DNA of 64,000 nucleotides from the NCBI RefSeq assembly GCF_055900595.2, contig NZ_CM148325.1. One strand, written 5' to 3'. Made by a program: the position numbers and the translations under genes. Shown in pieces: positions 43,196 to 52,970 of this stretch (the first letter of the stretch is position 1; each line of letters opens with the position of its first letter). The notes beneath the pieces were generated by a model that saw only the letters and a program-made list of their open reading frames with translations, was not told the origin of the DNA and ran no database searches.

Positions 43196-43576
43196 ATGAG
43201 TAAGGAATATATGAACGATGGTTCATTAAGTGAAAAATGGAAATATCGCTTTAGTTTTTATGATCAACATGGCTTTCCTGGATTCTGGGGGGCAACACCA
43301 GAATATAAAGCAGCATTTAAAGCATTAAAAGTAAGACAACGATTAACTATTCAAATTAATTTCATTGCTTTCTTCTGTTCCTGGATCTATCTATTTGTTC
43401 TGGGTTTATGGAAAAAAGCAATTATAGTTCTATTACTTTGCATTCTATCTCTATTTGTTGGTGCACTAATTGGCGTTAACATTTTGGGAATTGCCGTAGC
43501 AGCCTATGTTGCTGTTAACACGAACAAATGGTTTTATGAGAAAGAGGTAAAAGGGTTAAATACCTGGAGCCTTTGA
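43196..43576 (+). CDS. yigF: small inner-membrane protein of unknown function
   Basis: 126 aa from MSKEYMNDGSLSEKWKYRFSFYDQHGFPGFWG…; RBS GGAG upstream of ATG 43196; AT-rich. Confidence 0.75.
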   Translation: MSKEYMNDGSLSEKWKYRFSFYDQHGFPGFWGATPEYKAAFKALKVRQRLTIQINFIAFFCSWIYLFVLGLWKKAIIVLLLCILSLFVGALIGVNILGIAVAAYVAVNTNKWFYEKEVKGLNTWSL

Positions 43577-43618
43577 ATAACTGGTGGCTTAGCCGGGCTA
43601 AACCACCACTCTCGTTTT

Positions 43619-44569
43619 TTACAACCAGTTCTTCCGTTTAAAGTACAGATACGGTGCCAGGCCCGCGAGGATCATAAAGATAATCGCGCCTGGGTAGCCG
43701 AAGCTCCACTTCAGTTCCGGCATAAACTCAAAGTTCATCCCGTAGCTGGAAGCGACCAGCGTCGGTGGCAGGAACACCACGGATACCACCGAGAAGATTT
43801 TGATGATGCGGTTCTGCTCGATATTGATAAAGCCCATCGCCGCCTGCATCAGGAAGTTCACCTTCTGGAACAGGGATTCGTTATGCGGCAGCAGGGATTC
43901 GATATCTCGCAGGATTTCACGCGCCTGTTCCAGTTGCCCACCCGGTAAGCGTGCTTTACGTACCAGGAAGTTGAGCGCGCGCTGGGTATCCATCAGACAC
44001 AGGCGAACTTTCCAGCCGATATCTTCCAGTTCCGCCAGCGTGGAGAGCGCCTCGTCGTACTCATCGCCCTGATGCCCTTCCATAATTACCCGGCTCAACT
44101 GCTCCAGGTCGCTGTAGATATTTTCAATTTCATCTGCCAACTGTTCGATTTTGGTTTCGAACAGATCCAGCAGCAGCTCGTAGGCGTTACCGTCCACCAT
44201 TGACTGGCTACGGGCACGCATACGATACAGACGAAAAGCGGGCAGTTCACGCTCACGCAGAGTAAACAGACGACCATCACGGATGGTAAATGCCACAGTG
44301 GAGTTACCGGCGTGATCTTCCGCATCTTCAAAGAAGAAGAAGGAGTGAATATGCAGGCCGTCATCGTCTTCAAAGAAACGTGCCGATGCTTCGATGTCTT
44401 CCAGTTCCGGGCGGGTTGCCAGGCTCTGCCCAAGTTCAGATTGTACGCGCAGTCGCTCGTCGTCATCCGGTTCGACAAGATCAATCCATACTGCATTTAC
44501 AAGGGGTTGTGACTCTTCGACTTCCAGCCGGGTCAGTCGGTTATTTTCCAGTTGAAATGCGCTCAGCAT
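43619..44569 (-). CDS. corA: magnesium/cobalt transport protein CorA
   Basis: 316 aa from [31 protein letters not shown]…; C-terminal YGMNF motif. Confidence 0.95.
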   Translation of the reverse strand: MLSAFQLENNRLTRLEVEESQPLVNAVWIDLVEPDDDERLRVQSELGQSLATRPELEDIEASARFFEDDDGLHIHSFFFFEDAEDHAGNSTVAFTIRDGRLFTLRERELPAFRLYRMRARSQSMVDGNAYELLLDLFETKIEQLADEIENIYSDLEQLSRVIMEGHQGDEYDEALSTLAELEDIGWKVRLCLMDTQRALNFLVRKARLPGGQLEQAREILRDIESLLPHNESLFQKVNFLMQAAMGFINIEQNRIIKIFSVVSVVFLPPTLVASSYGMNFEFMPELKWSFGYPGAIIFMILAGLAPYLYFKRKNWL

Positions 44570-44938
44570 GACCGGGACTCCCAATGCTTAAAATATCGGA
44601 CAGTTCGGTGGGCACACAGAAACAAATTGGGTTTCAGACCATTAAACAGCCTGACTCAGCGCGACGGGAAAAATTGAGGTCGCTGACAACCGCTAAGGCT
44701 ATCAGCAAAAAGGGATAGCCTTAGGAGTTGATCCTGGATGACAGGATAATGAGCCAGTATCTACTGGGTGTGTCCAAGGCGAATGTCCTCTTAGAGTGAT
44801 CGTGCGCGCATGTTACGCCAGCAAAATTTTGCCGTCAACACGCAACAGAACACCACAGAACAATAGTTGAACTTCGCGCTTTTTGGTACTCGTCAAGGTC
44901 GCTAACAGGATAAAAAAATCCCACATCCAGGACCTATA

Positions 44939-45703
44939 ATGGCGCATCGGCTACTCATTGGTAAAGGAATGATCACCTTGAATCTCAAACGGATTTTTCT
45001 CGCCCTCACCTTACTTCCCTTGTTTGCTGTTGCCGCTGATGATTGCGCACTATCAGATCCGACACTGACCGTACAGGCGTATACCGTTAATCCTCAAACA
45101 GAGCGGGTGAAAATGTACTGGCAAAAAGCCAATGGCGAAGCGTGGGAAACGTTACATGCGCTGCTGACGGATATTAATAGTCAGGGTCAGGTGCAAATGG
45201 CGATGAACGGCAGCATATATGATGAAAGCTATGCGCCGCTCGGTTTGTACATCGAAAACGGTCAGCAGAAGGTGGCGTTAAATCTCGCTTCAGGTGAAGG
45301 GAATTTCTTTATCCGTCCTGGCGGTGTGTTTTATGTCGCGGGAGATAAAGTCGGCATCGTTCGTCTGGATGCCTTTAAAACCAGTAAAGAGATTCAGTTC
45401 GCGGTGCAGTCAGGGCCAATGTTGATGGAAAACGGCGTCATTAATCCGCGTATTCATCCCAACGTCGCCTCACGCAAAATTCGTAACGGTGTTGGGATTA
45501 ATAAACAAGGGAACGCCGTGTTTTTGTTGAGCCAGCAGGTGACAAATTTTTATGATTTTGCCTGTTATGCCAAAACGAAACTGAACGTTGAGCAACTGCT
45601 TTATCTTGATGGCACGATTTCACATATGTATGTGAAAGGCGGGGCAATCCCGTGGCAACGCTATCCTTTTGTTACCATGATTTCCGTCGAGCAGAAAAGT
45701 TAA
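44939..45703 (+). CDS. yigE: secreted protein of unknown function
   Basis: 254 aa; N-terminal signal-like segment (MITLNLKRIFLALTLLPLFAVAA); conserved position between corA and uvrD; true start may be the internal Met. Confidence 0.7.
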   Translation: MAHRLLIGKGMITLNLKRIFLALTLLPLFAVAADDCALSDPTLTVQAYTVNPQTERVKMYWQKANGEAWETLHALLTDINSQGQVQMAMNGSIYDESYAPLGLYIENGQQKVALNLASGEGNFFIRPGGVFYVAGDKVGIVRLDAFKTSKEIQFAVQSGPMLMENGVINPRIHPNVASRKIRNGVGINKQGNAVFLLSQQVTNFYDFACYAKTKLNVEQLLYLDGTISHMYVKGGAIPWQRYPFVTMISVEQKS

Positions 45704-45736
45704 AACAACCGTTTTGTGTCACTGAATATGGTGCAG

Positions 45737-45841
45737 ATGCCGGATGCGGCGTAAACGCCTTACCCGGCCTACATGACATTGCAATTTATTGAATCTACAT
45801 GATTTTGTAGGCCGGATAAGGTGCGCAGCACCGCATCCGGC
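45737..45841. repeat. REP palindromic unit pair (BIME-like)
   Basis: GCCGGATGCGGCGTAAACGCCTTACCCGGCCTAC … GTAGGCCGGATAAGGTGCGCAGCACCGCATCCGGC in inverted orientation. Confidence 0.8.
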
Positions 45842-45845
45842 AACG

Positions 45846-48008
45846 TTATACCGTCTCCAGCCGGGCGTAAGCCGCCACCAGCCATTTAATACCCTGGCCC
45901 TGAAATGCCACCTGCAAACGACTATGTTCGCCGCTGCCTTCCATATTGACGATAGTCCCTTCACCAAACTTGGCGTGTCGTACGCGCTGGCCGAGTTTGT
46001 AACCGCTGTCGTTCTCAACCATCGGCGTACCCATACGCTGATGGCTGACCGGGCGGCTTACCGTAGCGCGTAAACGCACCTCTTCCACACACTCTTCCGG
46101 CAACTCGCCAATAAAACGCGACGGGCGATGGTAAACCTCTTTGCCATACAGACGCCGGGTTTCCGCGTAGGTCAGCGTCAGTTTCTGCATCGCGCGGGTT
46201 ACGCCAACGTAGGCCAGACGGCGTTCTTCTTCCAGACGCCCGCCTTCATCCAGCGACATCTGGCTTGGGAACATGCCCTCTTCCATACCGACAATAAACA
46301 CCTGCGGGAATTCCAGACCTTTCGCCGAGTGTAGCGTCATCAGCTGTACCGCATCCTGCCAGGTATCCGCCTGCCCTTCACCTGCTTCCAGTGCCGCATG
46401 GGAGAGGAACGCCTGCAGCGGCATTAAATCTTCGTCTTCTTCGTTGTAGCTGAACTGGCGCGTTGCCGTCACCAGTTCCTCTAAGTTTTCGATACGCGTC
46501 TGGCCTTTTTCGCCCTTCTCTTGCTCGTACATGGTGCGCAGGCCGGAGTCTTTAATTACCCGATCAGTCTGTACATGCAGCGGCATATCGGCAGTTTCTT
46601 GCGCTAAGGCGTCGATCAGTTCCATAAACCGTTGCAAAGCGCTGGCAGCACGTCCGGCGAGGGCTTTTTCCTGCAACAGTTCACGACATGCCTGCCAGAG
46701 TGTTAACTGGCGATCGCGCGATGTCTGACGTACCACGTCCAGCGTCCGGTCACCAATACCCCGCGTTGGCGTATTCACCACGCGCTCAAAGGCCGCGTCG
46801 TCGTTACGGTTGGCAATCAGGCGCAGATACGAGAGCGCATCTTTGATTTCCTGGCGTTCGAAGAAGCGCATCCCGCCATAAATACGGTACGGCATACTGG
46901 CTTGTAATAACGCCTCTTCCAGTACACGCGACTGGGCATTGCTACGATAGAGAATGGCGCACTCGGCGAGCGCCCCGCCGTTGTCCTGCCAGGTCTTGAT
47001 GCGGTTAACAACAAAACGCGCTTCGTCGAGTTCGTTAAAAGCGCAATAGAGGGAAATCGGCTCACCGTCCGCGCCATCGGTCCACAACTTTTTACCCAAA
47101 CGCCCGTTGTTGTTTTCAATCAAGGCGTTCGCCGCGCTCAGGATATTGCTAGTGGAGCGGTAGTTTTGCTCCAGACGGATAGTTTCGGCACCGGGGAAAT
47201 CATTGAGGAAACGCTGAATATTCTCCACCTGCGCCCCGCGCCAGCCGTAGATTGACTGGTCGTCATCGCCAACAATCATCACTTTGCCAGTATCGCCCGC
47301 CAGCAGGCGGATCCACGCGTACTGAATGTTGTTGGTATCCTGGAATTCGTCTACCAGGATATTGGTAAAACGTTCGCGGTAGTGTTGCAGGATATGCGGC
47401 TTGTTAAGCCACAGTTCGTGGGCGCGTAGCAGTAGTTCAGCGAAGTCTACCAGGCCCGCGCGGTCGCACGCTTCCTGATACGCCTGGTACACCTTCTGCC
47501 AGGTCTGCTCCACCGGATTACCGTAGCTTTGAATATGATGCGGACGCAGCCCTTCATCTTTCTGGCTGTTGATGTACCACATTGCCTGGCGCGGCGGCCA
47601 CTGCTTCTCGTCGAGGTTCATGGCTTTGATCAGACGCTTAAGCAGGCGCAGCTGGTCTTCGCTGTCGAGGATCTGGAAATCCTGCGGCAGGTTGGCGTCC
47701 ATATGGTGCGCACGCAGCAGACGGTGTGCCAGCCCGTGGAAAGTGCCGACCCATATACCGCCCTGGCTGGTACCCATCAGTTGCCCGATACGATGGCGCA
47801 TTTCCGCCGCCGCTTTGTTGGTAAATGTCACCGCCATAATCGAGTACGGCGAGCAGTTTTCCACGCTCATCAGCCAGGCGATACGATGCACCAGTACGCG
47901 CGTCTTACCACTGCCCGCGCCCGCCAGCACCAGAAGGTTGCTGCGTGGCGCGGCCACCGCTTCGCGCTGTTTGTCATTAAGGCTGTCGAGCAGGTAAGAA
48001 ACGTCCAT
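45846..48008 (-). CDS. uvrD: DNA helicase II (UvrD)
   Basis: 720 aa from MDVSYLLDSLNDKQREAVAAPRSNLLVLAGAGSGKTRVL…; the ORF-track start at 48194 is a 62-codon upstream extension running across the SOS box. Confidence 0.95.
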   Translation of the reverse strand: MDVSYLLDSLNDKQREAVAAPRSNLLVLAGAGSGKTRVLVHRIAWLMSVENCSPYSIMAVTFTNKAAAEMRHRIGQLMGTSQGGIWVGTFHGLAHRLLRAHHMDANLPQDFQILDSEDQLRLLKRLIKAMNLDEKQWPPRQAMWYINSQKDEGLRPHHIQSYGNPVEQTWQKVYQAYQEACDRAGLVDFAELLLRAHELWLNKPHILQHYRERFTNILVDEFQDTNNIQYAWIRLLAGDTGKVMIVGDDDQSIYGWRGAQVENIQRFLNDFPGAETIRLEQNYRSTSNILSAANALIENNNGRLGKKLWTDGADGEPISLYCAFNELDEARFVVNRIKTWQDNGGALAECAILYRSNAQSRVLEEALLQASMPYRIYGGMRFFERQEIKDALSYLRLIANRNDDAAFERVVNTPTRGIGDRTLDVVRQTSRDRQLTLWQACRELLQEKALAGRAASALQRFMELIDALAQETADMPLHVQTDRVIKDSGLRTMYEQEKGEKGQTRIENLEELVTATRQFSYNEEDEDLMPLQAFLSHAALEAGEGQADTWQDAVQLMTLHSAKGLEFPQVFIVGMEEGMFPSQMSLDEGGRLEEERRLAYVGVTRAMQKLTLTYAETRRLYGKEVYHRPSRFIGELPEECVEEVRLRATVSRPVSHQRMGTPMVENDSGYKLGQRVRHAKFGEGTIVNMEGSGEHSRLQVAFQGQGIKWLVAAYARLETV

Positions 48009-48066
48009 TGGCACCGCCGCGTAAAAATAGGTTGGGCGGAGAAGCGCAACGCCCTCCGCCAAAAAG

Positions 48067-48082
48067 CTGGGTATATATACAG
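48067..48082 (-). promoter_or_regulatory. LexA (SOS) box of the uvrD promoter
   Basis: CTGGGTATATATACAG fits CTG-N10-CAG with an alternating TA core; 59 bp upstream of the uvrD ATG. Confidence 0.75.
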
Positions 48083-48091
48083 ATTTGCTGA

Positions 48092-48808
48092 TTATATCAG
48101 CGAGGTCAGAGATGCCAACCGGGAAATTTCCAGATGCGGGAGTAAACGGCTGTCCCAGGTTTGCATCAGATCGCCATTTTCCGGTCTGATCCAACAGGCC
48201 TGCATTCCGCTGCGAATTGCCCCACCCACGTCAGTGGTGAGATCGTCCCCGACATGTAAGATCTCACCGATCGGCACGTTGAGTTTTTCCGCCGCCAGGA
48301 AGTACATATCGCTGAACGGTTTCGAGCGCCCGTGCGGACCAGCGCGCAGCACAAACTCAAAATAATGCCCCAAACCAAACAGCTCCGGCTGGGCGTTACC
48401 GTTGGTGATCGCCACCAGCGGCCATTTCTTCGCCAGCTGTTTTAAGGTGTCGTGCGTTTGCTGCGGAACGTCGATCCGGCTACGCCATTTGGCAAAGTTG
48501 ATCATTGCCGCGTGTGCGCCTGCACTGGCCTCTTCCGCGCTCAGCCCGGCATCAAGCATCGCTTGTTCTATTGAGCGAAAACGCCAGCGCGTCACATCAT
48601 GATAAATCTCGGGTTCCGCTTCCCGTACCGCCTGACGCAGACGTTGCAGATCTTCATTCTGGAAGCTGCGCAGCGCCGGATGGTAATTTTGCACAAAGGT
48701 AAGCGCCTCCTGCTCAGTGCGCAAAATCACCGGACGGTTATCGTAAAGGGTATCATCCAGGTCAAAGGTGAGCGCCGAGATGCGCCCCAAAGGCCGGTAA
48801 AAACGCAT
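48092..48808 (-). CDS. yigB: HAD-family phosphatase (FMN / 5-amino-6-ribitylamino-uracil phosphate phosphatase)
   Basis: 238 aa; HAD motif [12 protein letters not shown]. Confidence 0.88.
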   Translation of the reverse strand: MRFYRPLGRISALTFDLDDTLYDNRPVILRTEQEALTFVQNYHPALRSFQNEDLQRLRQAVREAEPEIYHDVTRWRFRSIEQAMLDAGLSAEEASAGAHAAMINFAKWRSRIDVPQQTHDTLKQLAKKWPLVAITNGNAQPELFGLGHYFEFVLRAGPHGRSKPFSDMYFLAAEKLNVPIGEILHVGDDLTTDVGGAIRSGMQACWIRPENGDLMQTWDSRLLPHLEISRLASLTSLI

Positions 48809-49704
48809 TATTTCCCCCGTTTGGCGCGTGGATGCGCCGCATCGTACACCGAGGCAAGGTGTTGAAAATCAAGATGAGTATAGATTTGCGTGGTAGAAAG
48901 GTTGGCATGACCCAGCAGCTCCTGTACACCACGAAGATCACCGCTCGACTCCAGCATATGCGTAGCGAACGAGTGACGTAATTTATGCGGGTGAACGTGA
49001 TTATTCAGCCCTTGTTTTATGCCCCATTCGGCAAAGCGTTTCTGCACATTACGCGCGGAGATACGCTTGCCCAGTTTCGACAGAAAAAGCGCGTCGTCTT
49101 CGCTACCAAACAGGTCGCGCAAATCAAGCCAGTGCTCAATCCACGCCACGGCGTTGCGACCAATCGGCAGGCGGCGCTCTTTGCTGCCTTTCCCCATCAC
49201 CCACACTTCACCGGACTCCAGGTCGAGGTGTTTGATATCGAGCCCCACCAGTTCGGAAAGACGCAGACCCGCACCGTACATTACTTCCAGCATTGCCCGA
49301 TCGCGCACGGCGAGGGGATCGTTGATATCAATATCCAGCAGCCGATTTATATCATCGACGTCGATATTTTTCGGCAGATGACGCGGCGCTTTCGGTGCCG
49401 AAACACCTTTCGCCGGGTTGGCTTTAAGTTCGTTCTGGCTGACCAACCAGTCAAAAAAGCTACGTAGCGCAGAGAGGCGTAATGCGAGGCTTGCCGCGCC
49501 CAGCCCTTTACGGCGACTGCGTACAGCGAAATTGCGCACCATCGCCGCATCACATTGCTGCCAGCTTTGCAGGCCGTTTTCGCTGGCAAAATTGATGATC
49601 GCCTCAAGTTGGCGCTGGTAGTTAAGCAGGGTTATCGGGCTAAGCTGACGCTCCACGCTCAGATAACGTAGGTAGCGTTCTACATCGGTGTGTAAATCGG
49701 TCAT
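48808..49704 (-). CDS. xerC: tyrosine site-specific recombinase XerC
   Basis: 298 aa starting [29 protein letters not shown]…; catalytic R…HxxR…Y ([27 protein letters not shown]). Confidence 0.95.
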   Translation of the reverse strand: MTDLHTDVERYLRYLSVERQLSPITLLNYQRQLEAIINFASENGLQSWQQCDAAMVRNFAVRSRRKGLGAASLALRLSALRSFFDWLVSQNELKANPAKGVSAPKAPRHLPKNIDVDDINRLLDIDINDPLAVRDRAMLEVMYGAGLRLSELVGLDIKHLDLESGEVWVMGKGSKERRLPIGRNAVAWIEHWLDLRDLFGSEDDALFLSKLGKRISARNVQKRFAEWGIKQGLNNHVHPHKLRHSFATHMLESSGDLRGVQELLGHANLSTTQIYTHLDFQHLASVYDAAHPRAKRGK

Positions 49705-50408
49705 ACGCGTTCAATCCAACGCTCCAGAAGCTCCGGCAACATCAGCGCAATTTCATGAAGTAACTGCGTTCCCTGCCCTTGTTGATAGTGACTGGCATCG
49801 CGGCTGGTGAACAGCACGACACCCAAATCAGCATCGCTTCCCAGCATCGACATCGCCACCGATCCCACCGCTTTCGCTTCCGGTAGCACCACCAGCAGCT
49901 CCGGTCCGTTAAGCGGCCCAAGATAGTGCTGTTCCTGCCCCAGACGCTGAATACGCAGCGGTTCGAAAGACTGACGGCTTAATGCGAGATGAGTGTGGTT
50001 CGACGGCGCACCTAAGCGCCAGCGATCCGGAAACAGGCGCAGACTCGCACCTGCCAGGCCGAGATCGCGCGCCCAGCGGTGAAAACGCATCAGCATATCG
50101 TCGAGACTGCTGGCGGCTGTGAGACTACGCTGCAGGTAAAGTAAGCGATAGAACAAGCCTTCGTTGGCGATAGCCTGTTCCATCAACAGCGCCATGTTCT
50201 CTTCCAGAACATGAATATGATGACGTGCGCGGGCCATGTGCCACTCGACCAACGAAACGGTGCCGCGTACCGGATGCGGCACACGTATCGCTTCTACTGC
50301 GCGCGCATTGCGGATAAAAAACTCAGGATTTTTAATCAGATAATCGACAACCGCCCGGTCATCTAGCTCCGTGAGTGTTTCCTGTAGTTCTTCCCCTGGT
50401 TGCTTCAT
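49701..50408 (-). CDS. yigA: DUF484-family protein
   Basis: 235 aa; 4-bp overlaps with dapF and xerC; conserved dapF-yigA-xerC-yigB operon. Confidence 0.85.
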   Translation of the reverse strand: MKQPGEELQETLTELDDRAVVDYLIKNPEFFIRNARAVEAIRVPHPVRGTVSLVEWHMARARHHIHVLEENMALLMEQAIANEGLFYRLLYLQRSLTAASSLDDMLMRFHRWARDLGLAGASLRLFPDRWRLGAPSNHTHLALSRQSFEPLRIQRLGQEQHYLGPLNGPELLVVLPEAKAVGSVAMSMLGSDADLGVVLFTSRDASHYQQGQGTQLLHEIALMLPELLERWIERV

Positions 50409-51229
50409 AGATGAATAAATCCGTCGTAGACATGTACCGCCGGCCCCGTCATATATAAGGGGTGACCCGGACCTTTCCAGGCGATATCAAGACGACCGCC
50501 GGGGAGTTCCACACGTACTTCTTCGGCCAGCAAACCTTGCTGAATCCCTACCGCCACCGCCGCACACGCGCCGCTGCCGCAGGCCTGGGTTTCTCCTGCC
50601 CCACGCTCATAAACGCGTAAACGAATATGCTCGCGCTTAACCACTTGCATAAAACCGATATTAGCGCGCTCCGGAAAACGTTCGTGGCTTTCCAGAACAG
50701 GACCAAGCGTTTCTACCGCCGCAGTATCGACATCATCAACCTGAATCACGCAGTGCGGATTTCCCATCGACACCACGCCGCATAAGATTGTCTGCTCGGC
50801 GGCGCGCATAATATAGGTCTTTTCCGCTTTGTTAGCGCGAAATGGCACGGCAGAAGGTTCGAAGTTGGGTTCGCCCATATTGACGCGCACCAGATCGTCA
50901 TCGGTGACGGTCAGAACCATCCGCCCGTTGGCAGTGCTGACGCGGATATCGCGCTTATTGGTCAGCCCTTTCAGGCGCACAAAGCGGGCAAAGCAGCGCG
51001 CGCCGTTGCCGCACTGCGTCACTTCACTGCCATCAGCATTGAAAATGCGATAGTGAAAATCCAGTTCCGGATCATACGGTGGCTCAACCACCAGCAGTTG
51101 GTCAAACCCTATCCCCAGGTGCCGATCCGCCAGGCGACGAATCAGTTCTGGTGAAAAAAAGACATTCTGCGTTACCGCGTCGACGACCATAAAATCGTTG
51201 CCAAGGCCATGCATTTTCGAGAACTGCAT
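50405..51229 (-). CDS. dapF: diaminopimelate epimerase
   Basis: 274 aa from [25 protein letters not shown]…; catalytic cysteines in GNGARC and GSGACA. Confidence 0.95.
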   Translation of the reverse strand: MQFSKMHGLGNDFMVVDAVTQNVFFSPELIRRLADRHLGIGFDQLLVVEPPYDPELDFHYRIFNADGSEVTQCGNGARCFARFVRLKGLTNKRDIRVSTANGRMVLTVTDDDLVRVNMGEPNFEPSAVPFRANKAEKTYIMRAAEQTILCGVVSMGNPHCVIQVDDVDTAAVETLGPVLESHERFPERANIGFMQVVKREHIRLRVYERGAGETQACGSGACAAVAVGIQQGLLAEEVRVELPGGRLDIAWKGPGHPLYMTGPAVHVYDGFIHL

Positions 51230-51265
51230 CATTTACTCCAATCACGCGGGTACAGAAACTGACTT

Positions 51266-51469
51266 TTAGTAATTCACCTGGGATGGGCCATCGCCAGTGG
51301 CGCGGTCGTTTTTATCCGGCACCGTGGATTGCGTTTGCGTCTCTACCGGTTTGGTCGGTGGCGGTGCGTTTTTATCTGCAGGCGGGAAATAGAGCGGACC
51401 TTTCAGACCGCAGCCCGTCAGGCTGAAGAGAGTAAGTAATACAGTGAGTGCCTTAAACACGTTTTTCAT
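51266..51469 (-). CDS. yifL: small lipoprotein
   Basis: 67 aa; lipobox LTGC (MKNVFKALTVLLTLFSLTGCGLKGP…). Confidence 0.85.
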   Translation of the reverse strand: MKNVFKALTVLLTLFSLTGCGLKGPLYFPPADKNAPPPTKPVETQTQSTVPDKNDRATGDGPSQVNY

Positions 51470-51602
51470 TATGGATTGCCTGTAAAGTTCATCGCTTTCT
51501 GCTTTCTATCATCGCAGGAGAAGACGTAAAAGCAAGCGTTTAGCGACTCTTTATGAAGTCTGAACCGCCCCGGGTTTCCTGGAGAGTGTTTTATCTGTGA
51601 AC

Positions 51603-52493
51603 TCAGGCTGCCAGATCATCGTTTCCGATGGAAGCATAATAAGCTTTTTCTGCTTCTGCCGGAGGAGTATGGCCCAGCCTTCCCAGCAATCGTCGATTGT
51701 TATACCAGTCCACCCACGTTAGTGTGGCCAGTTCCACTTCTGCACGGTTTTTCCAGCTCTTACGGTGTATTACCTCCGCTTTGTAAAGACCATTGATGCT
51801 CTCAGCCATCGCGTTGTCATACGAGTCGCCTGTACTCCCTGTTGATGCCAGTAATCCGGCTTCTTTTAGTCGCTCCGTATAGGCCAGTGACACATACTGA
51901 GAGCCTTTATCGCTGTGATGGATGGTGCCAGACGGACGACGGGCCCACAACGCCTGCTCCAGCGCATCCAGCACGAATGTCGTTTCCATAGACGATGAGA
52001 CCCGCCACCCCACGATGTATCCGGCAAACACATCAATGATAAACGCCACATAGACGAAGCCCTGCCATGTGCTGACGTAAGTAAAATCAGCCACCCACAG
52101 CTGGTCAGGTCGTTCTGCCACGAACTGACGGTTTACGCGGTCGCCTGCGGCAACGGCTTTCCGGCTGATGGTCGTACGGACCTTTTTACCCCGGAGAACA
52201 CCGGCAAGTCCCATAACCGCCATGAGACGTGCCACTGTACATCTGGCCACCCTGATTCCTTCCCGTAACAACTGACGCCAGACTTTACGCACACCGTACA
52301 CCTGATGATTTTCATCGTATACGCGCTGTATCTCTCTCTTCAGCCAGTCGTCGTGCTGCGCACGGGCACTGCGTTTATCCGGATGATGTCGCTGTTGCTG
52401 ACAATGGTAATACGTTGACGGGGCAATATGCAGTTCGCTGCATACCGGTCCGACCCCGTACTGCTCACGCAGCTTATCCAGCAGTGGCATCAT
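51603..52493 (-). CDS. IS3-family transposase OrfB (DDE integrase core)
   Basis: 296 aa; rve-type catalytic region (…[24 protein letters not shown]…[10 protein letters not shown]…); 4-bp overlap with orfA consistent with programmed -1 frameshifting. Confidence 0.88.
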   Translation of the reverse strand: MMPLLDKLREQYGVGPVCSELHIAPSTYYHCQQQRHHPDKRSARAQHDDWLKREIQRVYDENHQVYGVRKVWRQLLREGIRVARCTVARLMAVMGLAGVLRGKKVRTTISRKAVAAGDRVNRQFVAERPDQLWVADFTYVSTWQGFVYVAFIIDVFAGYIVGWRVSSSMETTFVLDALEQALWARRPSGTIHHSDKGSQYVSLAYTERLKEAGLLASTGSTGDSYDNAMAESINGLYKAEVIHRKSWKNRAEVELATLTWVDWYNNRRLLGRLGHTPPAEAEKAYYASIGNDDLAA

Positions 52494-52816
52494 TTTTTCC
52501 AGAGGCGGTCGAACTCCGCCTTCGCAAAATAAGCGGAAGCCTGGCGAAGGATATCGTTACTGCGGCGCAGTTCACGATTTTCACGTTCCAGCTCTTTCAG
52601 ACGCTGACGTTCAGCGCTGGTGAGCCCACCATCACCGCCCCCGGTATCCCGCTCATGCTGGCGAACCCAGACACGCAGAGTCTCCGGCGTACAGCCAATC
52701 TTTGGAGCAATGGAACAAATTGCCGCCCACTGTGAGTCATATTCATCCTGACTTTCCAGAACCATACGAATCGCCCGCTGACGGACTTCGGGGGAAAAAC
52801 GAGTATTTTTAGTCAT
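52490..52816 (-). CDS. IS3-family transposase OrfA (HTH)
   Basis: 108 aa [61 protein letters not shown]…; matches the IS629 OrfA sequence as I recall it. Confidence 0.88.
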   Translation of the reverse strand: MTKNTRFSPEVRQRAIRMVLESQDEYDSQWAAICSIAPKIGCTPETLRVWVRQHERDTGGGDGGLTSAERQRLKELERENRELRRSNDILRQASAYFAKAEFDRLWKK

Positions 52817-52970
52817 CCTGTTTACCTCTTTCTCAGGGAGTTTAGTCTCCAGGATTTCCGGGGCGGTTCAGTCTGAAAAATGAGGAATTGCTGCGAGTAT
52901 AACGCTTACACGTGGGGATTTATGTTTTGCTGGTAGTTTCGTGATCGGCACCTCGCGCCAGGATGGCTTT

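Larger units (their letters stand above)
51561..52870 (-). mobile_element. IS3-family insertion sequence, IS629/IS1203-like, 1310 bp, apparently intact
   Basis: Terminal inverted repeats TGAACCGCCCCGGGTTTCCTGGAGA (left) and TCTCCAGGATTTCCGGGGCGGTTCA (right); flanked by direct GTC at 51558-51560 and 52871-52873; two overlapping transposase ORFs. Confidence 0.9.

Noticed and set aside
44585-44938. Long corA / yigE intergenic region as a possible hidden small gene or sRNA
   Set aside because: No ORF with RBS and no convincing terminator hairpin seen by eye; most simply the corA 5' leader and promoter region. Not excluded, but unsupported.
47529-48365. 278-aa plus-strand ORF
   Set aside because: Antisense to uvrD and running across the LexA box; arginine-rich low-complexity.
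48808-49704. Tyrosine recombinase as a possible phage or integrative-element integrase
   Set aside because: It is XerC in its conserved dapF-yigA-xerC-yigB operon; no attachment-site or prophage gene content nearby.
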